From Naegleria gruberi (taxonomy: Eukaryota), in assembly GCA_000004985.1 (NCBI GenBank), contig GG738849.1: a stretch of DNA of 64,000 nucleotides. The stretch is one strand, 5' to 3'. Below are positions 42,301 through 54,300 of the stretch, piece after piece. Position numbers and translations under genes: made by a program. The notes beneath the pieces are model-generated. The model worked only from the letters and a program-made list of their open reading frames with translations, made no database searches and was not told the origin of the DNA. Within the stretch, counting starts at the first letter, position 1. Each line of letters begins with the position of its first letter.

Positions 42301-45300
42301 NNNNNNNNNNNNNNNNNNNNNNNNNNNNNNNNNNNNNNNNNNNNNNNNNNNNNNNNNNNNNNNNNNNNNNNNNNNNNNNNNNNNNNNNNNNNNNNNNNNN
42401 NNNNNNNNNNNNNNNNNNNNNNNNNNNNNNNNNNNNNNNNNNNNNNNNNNNNNNNNNNNNNNNNNNNNNNNNNNNNNNNNNNNNNNNNNNNNNNNNNNNN
42501 NNNNNNNNNNNNNNNNNNNNNNNNNNNNNNNNNNNNNNNNNNNNNNNNNNNNNNNNNNNNNNNNNNNNNNNNNNNNNNNNNNNNNNNNNNNNNNNNNNNN
42601 NNNNNNNNNNNNNNNNNNNNNNNNNNNNNNNNNNNNNNNNNNNNNNNNNNNNNNNNNNNNNNNNNNNNNNNNNNNNNNNNNNNNNNNNNNNNNNNNNNNN
42701 NNNNNNNNNNNNNNNNNNNNNNNNNNNNNNNNNNNNNNNNNNNNNNNNNNNNNNNNNNNNNNNNNNNNNNNNNNNNNNNNNNNNNNNNNNNNNNNNNNNN
42801 NNNNNNNNNNNNNNNNNNNNNNNNNNNNNNNNNNNNNNNNNNNNNNNNNNNNNNNNNNNNNNNNNNNNNNNNNNNNNNNNNNNNNNNNNNNNNNNNNNNN
42901 NNNNNNNNNNNNNNNNNNNNNNNNNNNNNNNNNNNNNNNNNNNNNNNNNNNNNNNNNNNNNNNNNNNNNNNNNNNNNNNNNNNNNNNNNNNNNNNNNNNN
43001 NNNNNNNNNNNNNNNNNNNNNNNNNNNNNNNNNNNNNNNNNNNNNNNNNNNNNNNNNNNNNNNNNNNNNNNNNNNNNNNNNNNNNNNNNNNNNNNNNNNN
43101 NNNNNNNNNNNNNNNNNNNNNNNNNNNNNNNNNNNNNNNNNNNNNNNNNNNNNNNNNNNNNNNNNNNNNNNNNNNNNNNNNNNNNNNNNNNNNNNNNNNN
43201 NNNNNNNNNNNNNNNNNNNNNNNNNNNNNNNNNNNNNNNNNNNNNNNNNNNNNNNNNNNNNNNNNNNNNNNNNNNNNNNNNNNNNNNNNNNNNNNNNNNN
43301 NNNNNNNNNNNNNNNNNNNNNNNNNNNNNNNNNNNNNNNNNNNNNNNNNNNNNNNNNNNNNNNNNNNNNNNNNNNNNNNNNNNNNNNNNNNNNNNNNNNN
43401 NNNNNNNNNNNNNNNNNNNNNNNNNNNNNNNNNNNNNNNNNNNNNNNNNNNNNNNNNNNNNNNNNNNNNNNNNNNNNNNNNNNNNNNNNNNNNNNNNNNN
43501 NNNNNNNNNNNNNNNNNNNNNNNNNNNNNNNNNNNNNNNNNNNNNNNNNNNNNNNNNNNNNNNNNNNNNNNNNNNNNNNNNNNNNNNNNNNNNNNNNNNN
43601 NNNNNNNNNNNNNNNNNNNNNNNNNNNNNNNNNNNNNNNNNNNNNNNNNNNNNNNNNNNNNNNNNNNNNNNNNNNNNNNNNNNNNNNNNNNNNNNNNNNN
43701 NNNNNNNNNNNNNNNNNNNNNNNNNNNNNNNNNNNNNNNNNNNNNNNNNNNNNNNNNNNNNNNNNNNNNNNNNNNNNNNNNNNNNNNNNNNNNNNNNNNN
43801 NNNNNNNNNNNNNNNNNNNNNNNNNNNNNNNNNNNNNNNNNNNNNNNNNNNNNNNNNNNNNNNNNNNNNNNNNNNNNNNNNNNNNNNNNNNNNNNNNNNN
43901 NNNNNNNNNNNNNNNNNNNNNNNNNNNNNNNNNNNNNNNNNNNNNNNNNNNNNNNNNNNNNNNNNNNNNNNNNNNNNNNNNNNNNNNNNNNNNNNNNNNN
44001 NNNNNNNNNNNNNNNNNNNNNNNNNNNNNNNNNNNNNNNNNNNNNNNNNNNNNNNNNNNNNNNNNNNNNNNNNNNNNNNNNNNNNNNNNNNNNNNNNNNN
44101 NNNNNNNNNNNNNNNNNNNNNNNNNNNNNNNNNNNNNNNNNNNNNNNNNNNNNNNNNNNNNNNNNNNNNNNNNNNNNNNNNNNNNNNNNNNNNNNNNNNN
44201 NNNNNNNNNNNNNNNNNNNNNNNNNNNNNNNNNNNNNNNNNNNNNNNNNNNNNNNNNNNNNNNNNNNNNNNNNNNNNNNNNNNNNNNNNNNNNNNNNNNN
44301 NNNNNNNNNNNNNNNNNNNNNNNNNNNNNNNNNNNNNNNNNNNNNNNNNNNNNNNNNNNNNNNNNNNNNNNNNNNNNNNNNNNNNNNNNNNNNNNNNNNN
44401 NNNNNNNNNNNNNNNNNNNNNNNNNNNNNNNNNNNNNNNNNNNNNNNNNNNNNNNNNNNNNNNNNNNNNNNNNNNNNNNNNNNNNNNNNNNNNNNNNNNN
44501 NNNNNNNNNNNNNNNNNNNNNNNNNNNNNNNNNNNNNNNNNNNNNNNNNNNNNNNNNNNNNNNNNNNNNNNNNNNNNNNNNNNNNNNNNNNNNNNNNNNN
44601 NNNNNNNNNNNNNNNNNNNNNNNNNNNNNNNNNNNNNNNNNNNNNNNNNNNNNNNNNNNNNNNNNNNNNNNNNNNNNNNNNNNNNNNNNNNNNNNNNNNN
44701 NNNNNNNNNNNNNNNNNNNNNNNNNNNNNNNNNNNNNNNNNNNNNNNNNNNNNNNNNNNNNNNNNNNNNNNNNNNNNNNNNNNNNNNNNNNNNNNNNNNN
44801 NNNNNNNNNNNNNNNNNNNNNNNNNNNNNNNNNNNNNNNNNNNNNNNNNNNNNNNNNNNNNNNNNNNNNNNNNNNNNNNNNNNNNNNNNNNNNNNNNNNN
44901 NNNNNNNNNNNNNNNNNNNNNNNNNNNNNNNNNNNNNNNNNNNNNNNNNNNNNNNNNNNNNNNNNNNNNNNNNNNNNNNNNNNNNNNNNNNNNNNNNNNN
45001 NNNNNNNNNNNNNNNNNNNNNNNNNNNNNNNNNNNNNNNNNNNNNNNNNNNNNNNNNNNNNNNNNNNNNNNNNNNNNNNNNNNNNNNNNNNNNNNNNNNN
45101 NNNNNNNNNNNNNNNNNNNNNNNNNNNNNNNNNNNNNNNNNNNNNNNNNNNNNNNNNNNNNNNNNNNNNNNNNNNNNNNNNNNNNNNNNNNNNNNNNNNN
45201 NNNNNNNNNNNNNNNNNNNNNNNNNNNNNNNNNNNNNNNNNNNNNNNNNNNNNNNNNNNNNNNNNNNNNNNNNNNNNNNNNNNNNNNNNNNNNNNNNNNN

Positions 45301-48300
45301 NNNNNNNNNNNNNNNNNNNNNNNNNNNNNNNNNNNNNNNNNNNNNNNNNNNNNNNNNNNNNNNNNNNNNNNNNNNNNNNNNNNNNNNNNNNNNNNNNNNN
45401 NNNNNNNNNNNNNNNNNNNNNNNNNNNNNNNNNNNNNNNNNNNNNNNNNNNNNNNNNNNNNNNNNNNNNNNNNNNNNNNNNNNNNNNNNNNNNNNNNNNN
45501 NNNNNNNNNNNNNNNNNNNNNNNNNNNNNNNNNNNNNNNNNNNNNNNNNNNNNNNNNNNNNNNNNNNNNNNNNNNNNNNNNNNNNNNNNNNNNNNNNNNN
45601 NNNNNNNNNNNNNNNNNNNNNNNNNNNNNNNNNNNNNNNNNNNNNNNNNNNNNNNNNNNNNNNNNNNNNNNNNNNNNNNNNNNNNNNNNNNNNNNNNNNN
45701 NNNNNNNNNNNNNNNNNNNNNNNNNNNNNNNNNNNNNNNNNNNNNNNNNNNNNNNNNNNNNNNNNNNNNNNNNNNNNNNNNNNNNNNNNNNNNNNNNNNN
45801 NNNNNNNNNNNNNNNNNNNNNNNNNNNNNNNNNNNNNNNNNNNNNNNNNNNNNNNNNNNNNNNNNNNNNNNNNNNNNNNNNNNNNNNNNNNNNNNNNNNN
45901 NNNNNNNNNNNNNNNNNNNNNNNNNNNNNNNNNNNNNNNNNNNNNNNNNNNNNNNNNNNNNNNNNNNNNNNNNNNNNNNNNNNNNNNNNNNNNNNNNNNN
46001 NNNNNNNNNNNNNNNNNNNNNNNNNNNNNNNNNNNNNNNNNNNNNNNNNNNNNNNNNNNNNNNNNNNNNNNNNNNNNNNNNNNNNNNNNNNNNNNNNNNN
46101 NNNNNNNNNNNNNNNNNNNNNNNNNNNNNNNNNNNNNNNNNNNNNNNNNNNNNNNNNNNNNNNNNNNNNNNNNNNNNNNNNNNNNNNNNNNNNNNNNNNN
46201 NNNNNNNNNNNNNNNNNNNNNNNNNNNNNNNNNNNNNNNNNNNNNNNNNNNNNNNNNNNNNNNNNNNNNNNNNNNNNNNNNNNNNNNNNNNNNNNNNNNN
46301 NNNNNNNNNNNNNNNNNNNNNNNNNNNNNNNNNNNNNNNNNNNNNNNNNNNNNNNNNNNNNNNNNNNNNNNNNNNNNNNNNNNNNNNNNNNNNNNNNNNN
46401 NNNNNNNNNNNNNNNNNNNNNNNNNNNNNNNNNNNNNNNNNNNNNNNNNNNNNNNNNNNNNNNNNNNNNNNNNNNNNNNNNNNNNNNNNNNNNNNNNNNN
46501 NNNNNNNNNNNNNNNNNNNNNNNNNNNNNNNNNNNNNNNNNNNNNNNNNNNNNNNNNNNNNNNNNNNNNNNNNNNNNNNNNNNNNNNNNNNNNNNNNNNN
46601 NNNNNNNNNNNNNNNNNNNNNNNNNNNNNNNNNNNNNNNNNNNNNNNNNNNNNNNNNNNNNNNNNNNNNNNNNNNNNNNNNNNNNNNNNNNNNNNNNNNN
46701 NNNNNNNNNNNNNNNNNNNNNNNNNNNNNNNNNNNNNNNNNNNNNNNNNNNNNNNNNNNNNNNNNNNNNNNNNNNNNNNNNNNNNNNNNNNNNNNNNNNN
46801 NNNNNNNNNNNNNNNNNNNNNNNNNNNNNNNNNNNNNNNNNNNNNNNNNNNNNNNNNNNNNNNNNNNNNNNNNNNNNNNNNNNNNNNNNNNNNNNNNNNN
46901 NNNNNNNNNNNNNNNNNNNNNNNNNNNNNNNNNNNNNNNNNNNNNNNNNNNNNNNNNNNNNNNNNNNNNNNNNNNNNNNNNNNNNNNNNNNNNNNNNNNN
47001 NNNNNNNNNNNNNNNNNNNNNNNNNNNNNNNNNNNNNNNNNNNNNNNNNNNNNNNNNNNNNNNNNNNNNNNNNNNNNNNNNNNNNNNNNNNNNNNNNNNN
47101 NNNNNNNNNNNNNNNNNNNNNNNNNNNNNNNNNNNNNNNNNNNNNNNNNNNNNNNNNNNNNNNNNNNNNNNNNNNNNNNNNNNNNNNNNNNNNNNNNNNN
47201 NNNNNNNNNNNNNNNNNNNNNNNNNNNNNNNNNNNNNNNNNNNNNNNNNNNNNNNNNNNNNNNNNNNNNNNNNNNNNNNNNNNNNNNNNNNNNNNNNNNN
47301 NNNNNNNNNNNNNNNNNNNNNNNNNNNNNNNNNNNNNNNNNNNNNNNNNNNNNNNNNNNNNNNNNNNNNNNNNNNNNNNNNNNNNNNNNNNNNNNNNNNN
47401 NNNNNNNNNNNNNNNNNNNNNNNNNNNNNNNNNNNNNNNNNNNNNNNNNNNNNNNNNNNNNNNNNNNNNNNNNNNNNNNNNNNNNNNNNNNNNNNNNNNN
47501 NNNNNNNNNNNNNNNNNNNNNNNNNNNNNNNNNNNNNNNNNNNNNNNNNNNNNNNNNNNNNNNNNNNNNNNNNNNNNNNNNNNNNNNNNNNNNNNNNNNN
47601 NNNNNNNNNNNNNNNNNNNNNNNNNNNNNNNNNNNNNNNNNNNNNNNNNNNNNNNNNNNNNNNNNNNNNNNNNNNNNNNNNNNNNNNNNNNNNNNNNNNN
47701 NNNNNNNNNNNNNNNNNNNNNNNNNNNNNNNNNNNNNNNNNNNNNNNNNNNNNNNNNNNNNNNNNNNNNNNNNNNNNNNNNNNNNNNNNNNNNNNNNNNN
47801 NNNNNNNNNNNNNNNNNNNNNNNNNNNNNNNNNNNNNNNNNNNNNNNNNNNNNNNNNNNNNNNNNNNNNNNNNNNNNNNNNNNNNNNNNNNNNNNNNNNN
47901 NNNNNNNNNNNNNNNNNNNNNNNNNNNNNNNNNNNNNNNNNNNNNNNNNNNNNNNNNNNNNNNNNNNNNNNNNNNNNNNNNNNNNNNNNNNNNNNNNNNN
48001 NNNNNNNNNNNNNNNNNNNNNNNNNNNNNNNNNNNNNNNNNNNNNNNNNNNNNNNNNNNNNNNNNNNNNNNNNNNNNNNNNNNNNNNNNNNNNNNNNNNN
48101 NNNNNNNNNNNNNNNNNNNNNNNNNNNNNNNNNNNNNNNNNNNNNNNNNNNNNNNNNNNNNNNNNNNNNNNNNNNNNNNNNNNNNNNNNNNNNNNNNNNN
48201 NNNNNNNNNNNNNNNNNNNNNNNNNNNNNNNNNNNNNNNNNNNNNNNNNNNNNNNNNNNNNNNNNNNNNNNNNNNNNNNNNNNNNNNNNNNNNNNNNNNN

Positions 48301-51300
48301 NNNNNNNNNNNNNNNNNNNNNNNNNNNNNNNNNNNNNNNNNNNNNNNNNNNNNNNNNNNNNNNNNNNNNNNNNNNNNNNNNNNNNNNNNNNNNNNNNNNN
48401 NNNNNNNNNNNNNNNNNNNNNNNNNNNNNNNNNNNNNNNNNNNNNNNNNNNNNNNNNNNNNNNNNNNNNNNNNNNNNNNNNNNNNNNNNNNNNNNNNNNN
48501 NNNNNNNNNNNNNNNNNNNNNNNNNNNNNNNNNNNNNNNNNNNNNNNNNNNNNNNNNNNNNNNNNNNNNNNNNNNNNNNNNNNNNNNNNNNNNNNNNNNN
48601 NNNNNNNNNNNNNNNNNNNNNNNNNNNNNNNNNNNNNNNNNNNNNNNNNNNNNNNNNNNNNNNNNNNNNNNNNNNNNNNNNNNNNNNNNNNNNNNNNNNN
48701 NNNNNNNNNNNNNNNNNNNNNNNNNNNNNNNNNNNNNNNNNNNNNNNNNNNNNNNNNNNNNNNNNNNNNNNNNNNNNNNNNNNNNNNNNNNNNNNNNNNN
48801 NNNNNNNNNNNNNNNNNNNNNNNNNNNNNNNNNNNNNNNNNNNNNNNNNNNNNNNNNNNNNNNNNNNNNNNNNNNNNNNNNNNNNNNNNNNNNNNNNNNN
48901 NNNNNNNNNNNNNNNNNNNNNNNNNNNNNNNNNNNNNNNNNNNNNNNNNNNNNNNNNNNNNNNNNNNNNNNNNNNNNNNNNNNNNNNNNNNNNNNNNNNN
49001 NNNNNNNNNNNNNNNNNNNNNNNNNNNNNNNNNNNNNNNNNNNNNNNNNNNNNNNNNNNNNNNNNNNNNNNNNNNNNNNNNNNNNNNNNNNNNNNNNNNN
49101 NNNNNNNNNNNNNNNNNNNNNNNNNNNNNNNNNNNNNNNNNNNNNNNNNNNNNNNNNNNNNNNNNNNNNNNNNNNNNNNNNNNNNNNNNNNNNNNNNNNN
49201 NNNNNNNNNNNNNNNNNNNNNNNNNNNNNNNNNNNNNNNNNNNNNNNNNNNNNNNNNNNNNNNNNNNNNNNNNNNNNNNNNNNNNNNNNNNNNNNNNNNN
49301 NNNNNNNNNNNNNNNNNNNNNNNNNNNNNNNNNNNNNNNNNNNNNNNNNNNNNNNNNNNNNNNNNNNNNNNNNNNNNNNNNNNNNNNNNNNNNNNNNNNN
49401 NNNNNNNNNNNNNNNNNNNNNNNNNNNNNNNNNNNNNNNNNNNNNNNNNNNNNNNNNNNNNNNNNNNNNNNNNNNNNNNNNNNNNNNNNNNNNNNNNNNN
49501 NNNNNNNNNNNNNNNNNNNNNNNNNNNNNNNNNNNNNNNNNNNNNNNNNNNNNNNNNNNNNNNNNNNNNNNNNNNNNNNNNNNNNNNNNNNNNNNNNNNN
49601 NNNNNNNNNNNNNNNNNNNNNNNNNNNNNNNNNNNNNNNNNNNNNNNNNNNNNNNNNNNNNNNNNNNNNNNNNNNNNNNNNNNNNNNNNNNNNNNNNNNN
49701 NNNNNNNNNNNNNNNNNNNNNNNNNNNNNNNNNNNNNNNNNNNNNNNNNNNNNNNNNNNNNNNNNNNNNNNNNNNNNNNNNNNNNNNNNNNNNNNNNNNN
49801 NNNNNNNNNNNNNNNNNNNNNNNNNNNNNNNNNNNNNNNNNNNNNNNNNNNNNNNNNNNNNNNNNNNNNNNNNNNNNNNNNNNNNNNNNNNNNNNNNNNN
49901 NNNNNNNNNNNNNNNNNNNNNNNNNNNNNNNNNNNNNNNNNNNNNNNNNNNNNNNNNNNNNNNNNNNNNNNNNNNNNNNNNNNNNNNNNNNNNNNNNNNN
50001 NNNNNNNNNNNNNNNNNNNNNNNNNNNNNNNNNNNNNNNNNNNNNNNNNNNNNNNNNNNNNNNNNNNNNNNNNNNNNNNNNNNNNNNNNNNNNNNNNNNN
50101 NNNNNNNNNNNNNNNNNNNNNNNNNNNNNNNNNNNNNNNNNNNNNNNNNNNNNNNNNNNNNNNNNNNNNNNNNNNNNNNNNNNNNNNNNNNNNNNNNNNN
50201 NNNNNNNNNNNNNNNNNNNNNNNNNNNNNNNNNNNNNNNNNNNNNNNNNNNNNNNNNNNNNNNNNNNNNNNNNNNNNNNNNNNNNNNNNNNNNNNNNNNN
50301 NNNNNNNNNNNNNNNNNNNNNNNNNNNNNNNNNNNNNNNNNNNNNNNNNNNNNNNNNNNNNNNNNNNNNNNNNNNNNNNNNNNNNNNNNNNNNNNNNNNN
50401 NNNNNNNNNNNNNNNNNNNNNNNNNNNNNNNNNNNNNNNNNNNNNNNNNNNNNNNNNNNNNNNNNNNNNNNNNNNNNNNNNNNNNNNNNNNNNNNNNNNN
50501 NNNNNNNNNNNNNNNNNNNNNNNNNNNNNNNNNNNNNNNNNNNNNNNNNNNNNNNNNNNNNNNNNNNNNNNNNNNNNNNNNNNNNNNNNNNNNNNNNNNN
50601 NNNNNNNNNNNNNNNNNNNNNNNNNNNNNNNNNNNNNNNNNNNNNNNNNNNNNNNNNNNNNNNNNNNNNNNNNNNNNNNNNNNNNNNNNNNNNNNNNNNN
50701 NNNNNNNNNNNNNNNNNNNNNNNNNNNNNNNNNNNNNNNNNNNNNNNNNNNNNNNNNNNNNNNNNNNNNNNNNNNNNNNNNNNNNNNNNNNNNNNNNNNN
50801 NNNNNNNNNNNNNNNNNNNNNNNNNNNNNNNNNNNNNNNNNNNNNNNNNNNNNNNNNNNNNNNNNNNNNNNNNNNNNNNNNNNNNNNNNNNNNNNNNNNN
50901 NNNNNNNNNNNNNNNNNNNNNNNNNNNNNNNNNNNNNNNNNNNNNNNNNNNNNNNNNNNNNNNNNNNNNNNNNNNNNNNNNNNNNNNNNNNNNNNNNNNN
51001 NNNNNNNNNNNNNNNNNNNNNNNNNNNNNNNNNNNNNNNNNNNNNNNNNNNNNNNNNNNNNNNNNNNNNNNNNNNNNNNNNNNNNNNNNNNNNNNNNNNN
51101 NNNNNNNNNNNNNNNNNNNNNNNNNNNNNNNNNNNNNNNNNNNNNNNNNNNNNNNNNNNNNNNNNNNNNNNNNNNNNNNNNNNNNNNNNNNNNNNNNNNN
51201 NNNNNNNNNNNNNNNNNNNNNNNNNNNNNNNNNNNNNNNNNNNNNNNNNNNNNNNNNNNNNNNNNNNNNNNNNNNNNNNNNNNNNNNNNNNNNNNNNNNN

Positions 51301-54300
51301 NNNNNNNNNNNNNNNNNNNNNNNNNNNNNNNNNNNNNNNNNNNNNNNNNNNNNNNNNNNNNNNNNNNNNNNNNNNNNNNNNNNNNNNNNNNNNNNNNNNN
51401 NNNNNNNNNNNNNNNNNNNNNNNNNNNNNNNNNNNNNNNNNNNNNNNNNNNNNNNNNNNNNNNNNNNNNNNNNNNNNNNNNNNNNNNNNNNNNNNNNNNN
51501 NNNNNNNNNNNNNNNNNNNNNNNNNNNNNNNNNNNNNNNNNNNNNNNNNNNNNNNNNNNNNNNNNNNNNNNNNNNNNNNNNNNNNNNNNNNNNNNNNNNN
51601 NNNNNNNNNNNNNNNNNNNNNNNNNNNNNNNNNNNNNNNNNNNNNNNNNNNNNNNNNNNNNNNNNNNNNNNNNNNNNNNNNNNNNNNNNNNNNNNNNNNN
51701 NNNNNNNNNNNNNNNNNNNNNNNNNNNNNNNNNNNNNNNNNNNNNNNNNNNNNNNNNNNNNNNNNNNNNNNNNNNNNNNNNNNNNNNNNNNNNNNNNNNN
51801 NNNNNNNNNNNNNNNNNNNNNNNNNNNNNNNNNNNNNNNNNNNNNNNNNNNNNNNNNNNNNNNNNNNNNNNNNNNNNNNNNNNNNNNNNNNNNNNNNNNN
51901 NNNNNNNNNNNNNNNNNNNNNNNNNNNNNNNNNNNNNNNNNNNNNNNNNNNNNNNNNNNNNNNNNNNNNNNNNNNNNNNNNNNNNNNNNNNNNNNNNNNN
52001 NNNNNNNNNNNNNNNNNNNNNNNNNNNNNNNNNNNNNNNNNNNNNNNNNNNNNNNNNNNNNNNNNNNNNNNNNNNNNNNNNNNNNNNNNNNNNNNNNNNN
52101 NNNNNNNNNNNNNNNNNNNNNNNNNNNNNNNNNNNNNNNNNNNNNNNNNNNNNNNNNNNNNNNNNNNNNNNNNNNNNNNNNNNNNNNNNNNNNNNNNNNN
52201 NNNNNNNNNNNNNNNNNNNNNNNNNNNNNNNNNNNNNNNNNNNNNNNNNNNNNNNNNNNNNNNNNNNNNNNNNNNNNNNNNNNNNNNNNNNNNNNNNNNN
52301 NNNNNNNNNNNNNNNNNNNNNNNNNNNNNNNNNNNNNNNNNNNNNNNNNNNNNNNNNNNNNNNNNNNNNNNNNNNNNNNNNNNNNNNNNNNNNNNNNNNN
52401 NNNNNNNNNNNNNNNNNNNNNNNNNNNNNNNNNNNNNNNNNNNNNNNNNNNNNNNNNNNNNNNNNNNNNNNNNNNNNNNNNNNNNNNNNNNNNNNNNNNN
52501 NNNNNNNNNNNNNNNNNNNNNNNNNNNNNNNNNNNNNNNNNNNNNNNNNNNNNNNNNNNNNNNNNNNNNNNNNNNNNNNNNNNNNNNNNNNNNNNNNNNN
52601 NNNNNNNNNNNNNNNNNNNNNNNNNNNNNNNNNNNNNNNNNNNNNNNNNNNNNNNNNNNNNNNNNNNNNNNNNNNNNNNNNNNNNNNNNNNNNNNNNNNN
52701 NNNNNNNNNNNNNNNNNNNNNNNNNNNNNNNNNNNNNNNNNNNNNNNNNNNNNNNNNNNNNNNNNNNNNNNNNNNNNNNNNNNNNNNNNNNNNNNNNNNN
52801 NNNNNNNNNNNNNNNNNNNNNNNNNNNNNNNNNNNNNNNNNNNNNNNNNNNNNNNNNNNNNNNNNNNNNNNNNNNNNNNNNNNNNNNNNNNNNNNNNNNN
52901 NNNNNNNNNNNNNNNNNNNNNNNNNNNNNNNNNNNNNNNNNNNNNNNNNNNNNNNNNNNNNNNNNNNNNNNNNNNNNNNNNNNNNNNNNNNNNNNNNNNN
53001 NNNNNNNNNNNNNNNNNNNNNNNNNNNNNNNNNNNNNNNNNNNNNNNNNNNNNNNNNNNNNNNNNNNNNNNNNNNNNNNNNNNNNNNNNNNNNNNNNNNN
53101 NNNNNNNNNNNNNNNNNNNNNNNNNNNNNNNNNNNNNNNNNNNNNNNNNNNNNNNNNNNNNNNNNNNNNNNNNNNNNNNNNNNNNNNNNNNNNNNNNNNN
53201 NNNNNNNNNNNNNNNNNNNNNNNNNNNNNNNNNNNNNNNNNNNNNNNNNNNNNNNNNNNNNNNNNNNNNNNNNNNNNNNNNNNNNNNNNNNNNNNNNNNN
53301 NNNNNNNNNNNNNNNNNNNNNNNNNNNNNNNNNNNNNNNNNNNNNNNNNNNNNNNNNNNNNNNNNNNNNNNNNNNNNNNNNNNNNNNNNNNNNNNNNNNN
53401 NNNNNNNNNNNNNNNNNNNNNNNNNNNNNNNNNNNNNNNNNNNNNNNNNNNNNNNNNNNNNNNNNNNNNNNNNNNNNNNNNNNNNNNNNNNNNNNNNNNN
53501 NNNNNNNNNNNNNNNNNNNNNNNNNNNNNNNNNNNNNNNNNNNNNNNNNNNNNNNNNNNNNNNNNNNNNNNNNNNNNNNNNNNNNNNNNNNNNNNNNNNN
53601 NNNNNNNNNNNNNNNNNNNNNNNNNNNNNNNNNNNNNNNNNNNNNNNNNNNNNNNNNNNNNNNNNNNNNNNNNNNNNNNNNNNNNNNNNNNNNNNNNNNN
53701 NNNNNNNNNNNNNNNNNNNNNNNNNNNNNNNNNNNNNNNNNNNNNNNNNNNNNNNNNNNNNNNNNNNNNNNNNNNNNNNNNNNNNNNNNNNNNNNNNNNN
53801 NNNNNNNNNNNNNNNNNNNNNNNNNNNNNNNNNNNNNNNNNNNNNNNNNNNNNNNNNNNNNNNNNNNNNNNNNNNNNNNNNNNNNNNNNNNNNNNNNNNN
53901 NNNNNNNNNNNNNNNNNNNNNNNNNNNNNNNNNNNNNNNNNNNNNNNNNNNNNNNNNNNNNNNNNNNNNNNNNNNNNNNNNNNNNNNNNNNNNNNNNNNN
54001 NNNNNNNNNNNNNNNNNNNNNNNNNNNNNNNNNNNNNNNNNNNNNNNNNNNNNNNNNNNNNNNNNNNNNNNNNNNNNNNNNNNNNNNNNNNNNNNNNNNN
54101 NNNNNNNNNNNNNNNNNNNNNNNNNNNNNNNNNNNNNNNNNNNNNNNNNNNNNNNNNNNNNNNNNNNNNNNNNNNNNNNNNNNNNNNNNNNNNNNNNNNN
54201 NNNNNNNNNNNNNNNNNNNNNNNNNNNNNNNNNNNNNNNNNNNNNNNNNNNNNNNNNNNNNNNNNNNNNNNNNNNNNNNNNNNNNNNNNNNNNNNNNNNN